Shown here piece after piece: positions 8,836 to 15,999 of a DNA stretch of 53,338 nt. The notes under the pieces were generated by a model. The model was not told the DNA's origin, did not search any database, and saw nothing but the letters and a program-made list of their open reading frames with translations. The DNA comes from Terriglobia bacterium. GTDB lineage: Bacteria; Acidobacteriota; Terriglobia; Bryobacterales; JACQDG01. Location: NCBI GenBank assembly GCA_041477815.1, contig JBGOUV010000001.1, positions 1 to 53,338 of the forward strand. Reading direction: 5' to 3'. Position numbers and translations under genes: made by a program. Every line of letters begins with the position of its first letter. The first letter of the stretch is position 1.

Positions 8836-8857
8836 AGCACCACCTTAAGGTGGTGCT
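8836..8857. promoter_or_regulatory. Perfect 22-bp palindrome AGCACCACCTTAAGGTGGTGCT in the divergent intergenic region
   Basis: Read directly. It lies 14 nt upstream of the lyase ATG (8822, minus) and 48 nt upstream of the M20 peptidase ATG (8905, plus). Confidence 0.4.
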
Positions 8858-8904
8858 AATTTCATTATGCCCCCCGGAAGGCTGAAGCGCAAGAGTTTCG
8901 TACA

Positions 8905-10242
8905 ATGAACCGGATGACGCGGCGACAGGTGTTACTCGGGATGGCGGGCGCGGCGGTGGTGCGCGGCGAGGAAATCGACTGGTCCAAGGCCGCGGCGGAG
9001 GCCATCGGCCACTTGCGGGGCTATTTGCGAATCGACACCTCCAATCCACCGGGGAACACTTGGGTCGCGGCGGCATATCTGGCGGGGATTCTGGAGGAGA
9101 GCGGGATCAAGGTCGAGCGGCTGGACGCGGTTCCCAACGACAGGGTGAACATCCTGGCGCGGTTGAAGGGCAGCGGGCGGAAGCGTCCGGTGCTGCTATT
9201 GAATCACATGGACACCGTGCCGGCGGACCGCAGCCGGTGGCAGACGGATCCCTTCGGAGCGGAGATCCGGCTCAACCGGCTGTGGGGACGGGGGTCGGTG
9301 GACATGAAGTCGACCGGGATTGTCCACTTGATGGCCATGCTGCTGCTCCAAAGGCAGGGAGTACGGCTGGATCGGGACGTGATTTTTGCGGCCACCGCGG
9401 ACGAGGAAACGGGCGGCGACACCGGCGTAAAATTCCTGCTCGCCAAGCACCCGCTGAAGGTAGAGTCGGAGTACGTCTTCGACGAAGGGGGATTCTCGGC
9501 GAACCGGCTGTTCACCGAGGAGGGCGAGGTGCACGCGGTGTCGGTGGCCCAGAAGCAGGTATTGTGGCTGCGCCTGACCGTCGAGGGGACGGCGGGACAC
9601 GGGTCGCAGCCCACCGACGACAACGCGCCGCGCATATTGGCGCGGGCCCTGACGCGGATCACCGAGGCGGAGACGCCGCGTCGAGCCGAGCCGATACTGG
9701 ACGCTATGGAGTCCCGGCTGGGGAAACTGGCCGATAACCGCTTCGCCAACGCCATCCGCCGCAACACCATCTCGCTGACGACGCTGCGGGCGGGGGTGGG
9801 AGAACCGCCCAAGGAGAACGTAATCCCGTCGCTGGCGACGGCGTCGATCGACTGCCGCCTGCTGCCCGGCCAGTCGCATACGGAGTTCATCGAGTGGGTG
9901 CGGCGGACGGCGGCCGAGCCCAAGCTCAAGATTGAGATTGCGCACCATTCGCCGACGGCGACGCCGAGTCCGACCGATACTGAGCTGTTCCGGCTGATCG
10001 AGTCGACCGTGGCGCGGCACTCGCCCCGGGCGCGGGTGGTGGCGTATCTGACTCCGTTTGGCACTGACGGCAACCATTTCCGGCGGCCGGACCGGCGGGT
10101 GTACGGGTTTTTTCCGGTGGTGATGTCAGCCGAGGAGGCCATGTCGATGCACTCGGACGCCGAGAGGATCCCCACGGCCCAGTTTGAGAAGGGTTTGCGT
10201 ATTTTCTACGAGGTGGTGGCGGGCTTGGCCGGTGTAAACTGA
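8905..10242 (+). CDS. M20-family metallopeptidase (ArgE/DapE/ACY1/CPG2-like) with a twin-arginine-like N-terminus
   Basis: ORF track 445 aa. N-terminus MTRRQVLLGMAGAAVV. M20 motifs LLLNHMDTVP, GRGSVDMKS and ADEETGG. Confidence 0.85.
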   Translation: MNRMTRRQVLLGMAGAAVVRGEEIDWSKAAAEAIGHLRGYLRIDTSNPPGNTWVAAAYLAGILEESGIKVERLDAVPNDRVNILARLKGSGRKRPVLLLNHMDTVPADRSRWQTDPFGAEIRLNRLWGRGSVDMKSTGIVHLMAMLLLQRQGVRLDRDVIFAATADEETGGDTGVKFLLAKHPLKVESEYVFDEGGFSANRLFTEEGEVHAVSVAQKQVLWLRLTVEGTAGHGSQPTDDNAPRILARALTRITEAETPRRAEPILDAMESRLGKLADNRFANAIRRNTISLTTLRAGVGEPPKENVIPSLATASIDCRLLPGQSHTEFIEWVRRTAAEPKLKIEIAHHSPTATPSPTDTELFRLIESTVARHSPRARVVAYLTPFGTDGNHFRRPDRRVYGFFPVVMSAEEAMSMHSDAERIPTAQFEKGLRIFYEVVAGLAGVN

Positions 10243-10250
10243 GGGACCTT

Positions 10251-11009
10251 ATGCAACTCGCAGGACGAGTGGCCGTGATCACGGGTGCGGGGACGGGAAT
10301 GGGCCGCGCAATGGCGCTGCTGTTCGCCGGCGAAGGGGCGGCGGTGGTGGTGAACTACCGCGAATCGCAAGAGGCGGCTGAGGAGGTCACGCGCGAGATC
10401 GAGGCGGCGGGGGGCCGGGCGGTGGCGTACCGGGCCGATGTCAGCCGCGAGCCTGAAGTCCGGGCCATGATGCAGGCGGCCCGGGACCGCTGGGGACGGC
10501 TCGACGTGCTGGTCAATAACGCCGGCTGGAGCACCCGGGTCCCGCACGCGCAACTGGACGACCTGAGCGACGAAATCTGGGATCGCACCATCAACGTGAA
10601 CCTGCGCGGGGTATTCTACTGCGTGCGGGCGGCCGTGCCGTTTCTGCGGGGGCAGCCGGGGGCGTCGATCGTGAACATTGCTTCCGGGGCGGCGTTCCAC
10701 GGGGCGGGCAGCTCGATCGTGTACGGGGCGGCGAAGGCCGGGGTGGTGACGATGACGCGATCGCTGGCCCGGGCCTTGGCGCCGGGGATTCGGGTGAACG
10801 CGGTGTGCCCGGGCCTGGTGGAGACGCGGTTCGCCGGCTGGCCGCCCGAGGCGTTCGAACGGGGCCACCAGGTGACGCCGCTGGGCCGGCTGGCCACGGT
10901 CGGCGAAGTCGCCCAGGCGGCGCTGTTCTTCGCCGCCGAGGCCACCGGTATTACCGGTGAGGCACTCCTGGTAGACGGAGGTTTATACCAACTGGGGAGA
11001 TCCAGATGA
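10251..11009 (+). CDS. Short-chain dehydrogenase/reductase (FabG-like)
   Basis: ORF track 252 aa. TGAGTGMG cofactor motif, NNAG, and YGAAK catalytic Y-x3-K. Confidence 0.9.
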   Translation: MQLAGRVAVITGAGTGMGRAMALLFAGEGAAVVVNYRESQEAAEEVTREIEAAGGRAVAYRADVSREPEVRAMMQAARDRWGRLDVLVNNAGWSTRVPHAQLDDLSDEIWDRTINVNLRGVFYCVRAAVPFLRGQPGASIVNIASGAAFHGAGSSIVYGAAKAGVVTMTRSLARALAPGIRVNAVCPGLVETRFAGWPPEAFERGHQVTPLGRLATVGEVAQAALFFAAEATGITGEALLVDGGLYQLGRSR

Positions 11010-11404
11010 ATCGAAGAGATACGGTAAAGATGATGGCCGCCGCCCTGTTGCCGGCGCCGGCGGCGAGGATTCCGAACGACGTGTTCGGAACCGGCCAAGC
11101 CAACCTGACCCGGGAGCCGTTCGGCGACCTGCGCATCTATTTTGACGGACCCACCGACCAGCTCAAGGCCATGACCGCCGGGAGCCTGGTGTTGAAACCG
11201 GGCATGTCGCCGCACCCGCCGCACCAGCATCCGGAGGAGGAATTTATGCTGGTGACCGAGGGGACCGGAGAAATCTCGCTCCAGGGGAAGGTCACCCCGG
11301 CAGGCCCCGGCTCGATGATGTATTGCGCGGCCGGGCGGCTGCACGCTATCACCAATACCGGCAAGACGCCGTTAACGTTCTATTTCTACAAATGGAGGGC
11401 ATGA
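11006..11404 (+). CDS. Cupin-domain protein with N-terminal signal-like segment
   Basis: ORF track 132 aa. Cupin motif PHPPHQHPEEEFMLVTEG...GRLHAITNTG. 4-nt overlaps with both neighbours. Confidence 0.75.
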   Translation: MNRRDTVKMMAAALLPAPAARIPNDVFGTGQANLTREPFGDLRIYFDGPTDQLKAMTAGSLVLKPGMSPHPPHQHPEEEFMLVTEGTGEISLQGKVTPAGPGSMMYCAAGRLHAITNTGKTPLTFYFYKWRA

Positions 11405-11844
11405 TGACAACCAAGAGTCGTCGGAGTTTTTTGAAGAAGGCGGCGGTAGCGGCGCCCGTTGCGGCGCTGGCGGCCCGTCCGGCCCAGGCCCAGGAGGCCC
11501 CGGTGAAGAAGGTGCTGCGGGGCGGGAAGCTGTTCAGCGGGGTGGTGTCCTACGGGAACCTGCTGTTCATCTCCGGCATCGGAGCGCACTTCGAGGGGGA
11601 CATCAAGTCCCACACCAAGCACGTCCTCGACGAGATCGAGAAGGCCCTCAAGCTGGGCGGCTCGTCGATGGAGAAGGTGCTGAAGGTAAACGTTTACCTG
11701 AACGATTTGAAGGACTACCAGGGGATGAACGAGGTGTTTGCGGGCAGGTTCGGCGCGCAGCCGGGGGTGCGGACGACCATCGCGGCGGCGGGCGGAATCC
11801 CCGGCAACTCCCTGGTCGAGATCGACTGCATTGCTTATATTTAG
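11401..11844 (+). CDS. RidA/YjgF/UK114-family enamine/imine deaminase-like protein with a Tat signal
   Basis: In frame with ORF 11323..11844. The ATG at 11401 overlaps the cupin stop (ATGA). SRRSFLKKAAVAAPVAALAARPAQA precedes the RidA-like core LLFISGIGA...VLKVNVYLNDLKDYQGMNEVF...VEIDCIA. Confidence 0.8.
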   Translation: MMTTKSRRSFLKKAAVAAPVAALAARPAQAQEAPVKKVLRGGKLFSGVVSYGNLLFISGIGAHFEGDIKSHTKHVLDEIEKALKLGGSSMEKVLKVNVYLNDLKDYQGMNEVFAGRFGAQPGVRTTIAAAGGIPGNSLVEIDCIAYI

Positions 11845-13870
11845 GAGCTGGCTCCTGCTGGCTGCTGCGGCGGGCGCGTTGCGCGCCGACGACCTGGAGA
11901 GTCTGGCCGTGCTGGACGGGGCGTCGGGCTACGAGGGCCCGGTCCTGGAATACGTGCGCAAGCGGGTGGGCGGGCGGCAGGAGGTCGACAATACCGGGTC
12001 GCTGACGGCGAGTTTCGGGTCCGGCCAGCCGCATACGCTGATCATCGGCGGGCTGGACGAGCCGGGGTACGCGGTTTCGGGGATCACCGACGACGGGTAT
12101 CTGCGGGTGCAGCGGCTGGTGTCGGCGCCGCCCCATCACCGGTTTGAAGACTTCTTTGTGTCGCAGCCGGTGCGGGTGACGACTGCGGCGGGAAAGACGC
12201 TTAATGGCGTGATGGCGGCGCCGTCGGTGCATCTGCAGGCGGAGCGGCAGACCTCGATCCGGGTGGATCATCCGGAAGAGCTGTACGTCGACCTGGGGGC
12301 GCGGTCCCGGGCGGAGGTGCGGCAGGCGGGGGTGGACCTGCTGGATCCGGTCACCCTGGAGAAGCACGCGACCCGGTTGGCGGACGGGCGGGTGAGCGCG
12401 CCCTGGATCTCGGGACGGGCGGGGGCGGCGGTGCTGCTCGAGCTGGCCCGCTGGATGGCCGCCGCGCCGCCCCAGGGAACGGTCACGCTGGCCTTCGCCT
12501 CGCAGCAGTACAGTGGTAACCGAGGCTTGGCCCGGCTCGCCGCGCGCGTGGAGGCGGATAGGATCGTGTGGCTCCGGTCGGGCGGAAGCGGCCGCCTGGC
12601 GATTTCACCCGCGTCGGACTCCCAGCCGGCCCTGGCGGACGAGCTGCTGGCGGTGGCCGAGCGGCGGAAGTTCGAGATGGAGCGCGAGACGGCGGATCGC
12701 GTCACCGTGCCCGCCTTTGCCAAGGACGAAATCTGGAAAGACCCGAAGCGGGTCGCTACTCTGTCGCTGGGCGTGGAGAATGCCGGGACTCCGGTGGAGG
12801 TCGTGTCCAGCGCCGCACTGGGCAAGATGGCCGGCCTGCTGGCCCAGTTCGCCGGGATTGTCGAGCGTCCCGCCGGTTTCGGCAGCGCCGGCGGGGACGC
12901 AGCGGCCGTCACTCGCCCGTCCACGCTGGAGCAGCTTATCGGCGTCTACGGGGTGAGCGGACGGGAAGGCGAAGTGCGGCAGAGGATTCAGGCGCTGCTG
13001 CCGGACTGGGCGAAGGCGTCGTCGCGCGTGGATCAGAAAGGAAACCTGATTGTCGCTGCCGGCGAGAAGCCGGAACGGCTGTTCCTGGCCCACATGGACG
13101 AGTTGGGCTCCGAAGTGATGGAGGCGGAGAGAGACGGGAAGCTGCGGGTGGAGGCGAAGGGCGGGGGGACGAGCGAGTTCTTCGAGTGGCACGCCGGGAT
13201 CGTGCAGAGCGGGCCAAAACAATGGCCGGCCATCCTCTTAGGCGGGGGCTTTGGAGGCCGGGCGCGCGTGGATACCGGCACGAAGCCGGGAGAGATCCAG
13301 GCGGGCGACAGCTTTGGCCTGCGCAAACAGGTGCGGCCGCTGCTGGGGCGCCGGGTAAACGCGCGGTCGCTGGACGATCGGGCCGGATGTGCGGTGTTGC
13401 TGGACGCCCTGCGGTCGCTCGATCCGAAGCAGATCCGGCGGCCGGCGTGGTTCGTGTTTACGGTGGAGGAAGAGATCGGGTTGAAGGGGGCGGAGGCGCT
13501 GGCGGAGTCGGTGCGGCCGCGCGAGGTGTACGCGATTGATACCTTCGTCTCCTCGGATTCGCCGCTGGAGAATCAGCGGATGGCGGGGGCGCGGTTGGGA
13601 GACGGGTTTGTCGTGCGGGCGATCGATTCGAGCGGCATCACGCCGCGAGCGGCGGTGCAGCAGGTGGTCGACCTGGCCCGGAAGCACGGCATCCCGGTGC
13701 AGTACGGGGTCACCAGCGGGGCCAACGACGGGTCGAAGTTTGTGGTGGGCGGGGCGGTGAATGTACCGCTGGGTTGGCCGCTGCGCTATTCGCACTCGCC
13801 GGGCGAGACCGCGGACCTGGCCGACATAGAGTCACTACAAAAGATCATCACAGCGCTGGCCAGAGAGTAG
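11831..13870 (+). CDS. Tandem M42 (FrvX/TET-like) aminopeptidase fusion: degenerate N-terminal copy plus canonical C-terminal copy
   Basis: ORF 11738..13870. I propose a TTG start at 11831, which gives the signal-like MLIFRSWLLLAAAAGALRA. The start is uncertain. The C-terminal copy has AHMDELG, LDDRAGCAVL, TVEEEIGLKGA, AIDT and YSHSPGE. The N-terminal copy has GGLDEPGY, ISGRAGAAVL, FASQQYSGNRG and AGTPVE at the equivalent positions. Confidence 0.75.
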   Translation: MLIFRSWLLLAAAAGALRADDLESLAVLDGASGYEGPVLEYVRKRVGGRQEVDNTGSLTASFGSGQPHTLIIGGLDEPGYAVSGITDDGYLRVQRLVSAPPHHRFEDFFVSQPVRVTTAAGKTLNGVMAAPSVHLQAERQTSIRVDHPEELYVDLGARSRAEVRQAGVDLLDPVTLEKHATRLADGRVSAPWISGRAGAAVLLELARWMAAAPPQGTVTLAFASQQYSGNRGLARLAARVEADRIVWLRSGGSGRLAISPASDSQPALADELLAVAERRKFEMERETADRVTVPAFAKDEIWKDPKRVATLSLGVENAGTPVEVVSSAALGKMAGLLAQFAGIVERPAGFGSAGGDAAAVTRPSTLEQLIGVYGVSGREGEVRQRIQALLPDWAKASSRVDQKGNLIVAAGEKPERLFLAHMDELGSEVMEAERDGKLRVEAKGGGTSEFFEWHAGIVQSGPKQWPAILLGGGFGGRARVDTGTKPGEIQAGDSFGLRKQVRPLLGRRVNARSLDDRAGCAVLLDALRSLDPKQIRRPAWFVFTVEEEIGLKGAEALAESVRPREVYAIDTFVSSDSPLENQRMAGARLGDGFVVRAIDSSGITPRAAVQQVVDLARKHGIPVQYGVTSGANDGSKFVVGGAVNVPLGWPLRYSHSPGETADLADIESLQKIITALARE

Positions 13871-13872
13871 AA

Positions 13873-13997
13873 CTTAGACACCAAATCAAAAGGCAAAAGG
13901 CAAAAATCAAAAATTCTCAGCTTGTACCTGTTCGCCCCGCTCCCGCTACTCCACCATTTTTGATTTTTGCCTTTTGCCTTTTGATTTGGTGTCTAAG
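13873..13997. repeat. Perfect 42-bp inverted repeat with a 41-nt spacer (125-nt palindromic element) between convergent genes
   Basis: Left arm 13873-13914 is CTTAGACACCAAATCAAAAGGCAAAAGGCAAAAATCAAAAAT. Right arm 13956-13997 is its exact reverse complement, checked base by base. The arms are AT-rich and contain CAAAAGG/CAAAAAT sub-repeats; the spacer is GC-rich. Confidence 0.95.
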
Positions 13998-14926
13998 ATT
14001 TTTCAGTAACCCGGGCAACCTCATCCCGGTCGAACGACGGCAGGGGTCGATCACCGATCTGGAATCCCCCTGACGCGGGTACCAGGCGCCCGATATGGGT
14101 GGCAGCGGGTACCGCGGCTAGCAGAACCGGGGTGTCAGCGGGGTCGCAGGCTACGAGAATGCTGCCGCTGGAAAGCAGGCCGAGGACCTCCACACCGAAC
14201 CGTTCGCACACGGCGCGGGTTACCTCCAAAACCGGCAGGGGCTGATCGAACAGTATGGCGCCCACGCCGGAAGCCAGGGCCATTTCACGCACCGCGGTGG
14301 CGAGACCGCCTTCGGTGGGGTCGTGCATGGCGTGGGGGCGGATGGTATCACAGATGAGGCGGGCGGCGCGGGTGATGCCGATGCCGGGGTCGAAGAGGAG
14401 CTGGGTGTCGCGGGCCAGAATGGCGGTACCCTCAATGCCCAGCCGGCCGGCCAGCACCAGGTCGTCGCCGGCTCGGGCGCCGGACGAGGTTACCAGGCGG
14501 GAGCGGCGAACGCGGCCGATCATCTGGCCGCAGGCCACCGGCTGGGTGACGGAGCGGTGATTTCAGTATGGCCCCCGATCCAGGCAATGCCGAGGTCGCC
14601 GCAGGCGCGGCGGATCTGGTCGAAACAGGCTTCGACAGTCTCCGGCGTCGTGGAGCCGGCGGGGAACAGCAGGGTGGCGGTGAGGAACTCCGGGGTGGCG
14701 CCCATCACCGCGATGTCGTTGGCGTTGACCTGGACCAGGTACCAGCCCAGGTGGTCGGCGGCGAAGGTGATGGGGTCGGTGGTGACTACCCAGCACTCCT
14801 CGCCCGACCCGGCGAGGACCGCTGCATCCTCTCCATAGGCAGCACCGATCAGGACCCGGGGATCGGGGGGCAGGCCGGCGAGGAGGCGTTGGAGCAGGGC
14901 GGGGGGAGCTTGCCGGTAGGGAGCAT
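13993..14926 (-). pseudogene. AIR-synthase-related (PurM/HypE/ThiL-fold) protein interrupted by two 1-nt frame disruptions
   Basis: ORF 13993..14538 is the C-terminal domain. ORF 14520..14708 and its open upstream frame give ALLQRLLAGLPPDPRVLIGAAYGEDAAVL...TTDPITFAADHLGWYLVQVNANDIAVMGATPEFL...WIGGHTEIT. The ATG at 14926 gives MLPTGKLPP and then shifts frame inside a C6 run (plus-strand G6 at 14901-14906). A second shift lies at about 14548-14552 (ITAP|VTQPVACGQMIG). 934+2 nt = 312 codons. Confidence 0.65.
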
Positions 14927-14953
14927 AGGCTACAATGACTGGCAGGCTCCCTC

Positions 14954-15136
14954 GTGATCGGCGAAACCATATGGCACGACCGCATTCTATCCCGCCTGGG
15001 ACGCAAAGTGGCGCTCCTGCCGATCTGCCGGTCCACCCCAGCGGGCAACGTCGACCTGCGGGCGGCGCCCATCGATGGCGGGGACTCGCGGGGCCGCAGC
15101 AGCGGCGTCATCCGGATCGCCGACTTTGGAAAATGA
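14954..15136 (+). CDS. Hypothetical 60-aa protein, translationally coupled to the downstream gene
   Basis: ORF track 14954..15136 (GTG start). G/C at about 80% of third codon positions by eye. Its stop overlaps the next ATG (ATGA at 15133-15136). I recognise no family. Confidence 0.4.
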   Translation: MIGETIWHDRILSRLGRKVALLPICRSTPAGNVDLRAAPIDGGDSRGRSSGVIRIADFGK

Positions 15137-15999
15137 GGCGACTGGCGATGGCGGCTCTGCTGGTGGCGATATTCGCCCCGAGTCTCCCCGCCCGGATCCG
15201 GCTGCGTCACCGGGGGCCGCGGGCCTCCCAGCGCCGCCGCCTCCACGATGACAACCTGATCGCGGACGCCGGCACGGTGGAGGTGGAGTGGGGCCATCAG
15301 TTCTCCGGGTCGTTTTACTCCATGCCGTCCACGCTGAAGTTCGTTCCGGGCGGGAACCATCCCCTCTGGCGCCGGACCGAGTTCAGCGCGCACGTCGAGA
15401 CCATGACCAGCGACGGATCGAGTGGTAACCAGGTCACCCAGTTGGCGGACCGCATCACGCTGATCGCCGCCCGCGTGTTGCACGACGACGAGAAGTTATC
15501 CATCGCCGTCGCTCCCCAAACGACCTTCTTCTTCCGCAACGAGCGCGGCACCCGGGTGGGAGCGGCCACCTTTGGCCGGTACGACCTCGGACCCCACAGC
15601 TTCGGAGGCACCGCCGCCTGGACGGGAGCCACGGTCCCTTCCCCCACCAACCCGGCCGGCGCCTGGGAGGCCGGCGGTGGCTATGCCCACCGTTGGGTTC
15701 GTTTGGTTCTGTTCGGCAACACGCTCTACGATCGTTCGACCGGGGCAACGGGCGAGTTATCTGTGTTTGAAGGGGGCAGTTGGGATCTCAACGAGCACGT
15801 GGAGCTGGACGTGGTCGGCCAGCACCTCAACCTCCGCAGCGGAAGCGTGGACCATCGACTCTACGTTGGTCTGACCATCAACCTCGGTCGGCCGCGGGAC
15901 TGGTTCAGCGGACGACGTGAAAGCGCTCCTGGCGGCGCAGGATCCAGCTTCGTTTCCCTTGGGCATCCAGGCCGGCGTCCTCTTCGAGAGAGATGGTAA
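15133..15999 (+). CDS. Putative outer-membrane beta-barrel-like protein (hypothetical)
   Basis: In ORF 14935..15999. I prefer the ATG at 15133, giving the signal peptide MRRLAMAALLVAIFAPSLPA. Alternating hydrophobic pattern. The aromatic-terminated segment YVGLTINLGRPRDWF is followed by a 30-aa tail that overlaps the convergent M24 gene by 95 nt. Confidence 0.5.
   Translation: MRRLAMAALLVAIFAPSLPARIRLRHRGPRASQRRRLHDDNLIADAGTVEVEWGHQFSGSFYSMPSTLKFVPGGNHPLWRRTEFSAHVETMTSDGSSGNQVTQLADRITLIAARVLHDDEKLSIAVAPQTTFFFRNERGTRVGAATFGRYDLGPHSFGGTAAWTGATVPSPTNPAGAWEAGGGYAHRWVRLVLFGNTLYDRSTGATGELSVFEGGSWDLNEHVELDVVGQHLNLRSGSVDHRLYVGLTINLGRPRDWFSGRRESAPGGAGSSFVSLGHPGRRPLRERW

Noticed and set aside
13873-13997. 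Possible CRISPR-like or tandem-repeat array, because of the CAAAAGG sub-repeats
   Set aside because: There are only two 7-mer sub-repeats per arm, with no spacers of CRISPR size. No cas genes were recognised in the window. The structure is a single inverted repeat.
13774-14073. 99-aa plus-strand ORF running through the 42-bp inverted repeat
   Set aside because: Its middle is simply the translated AT-rich arms and spacer (KIKNSQ...FLIFAFCLLIW). It overlaps the ends of two better-supported genes and has no start context.
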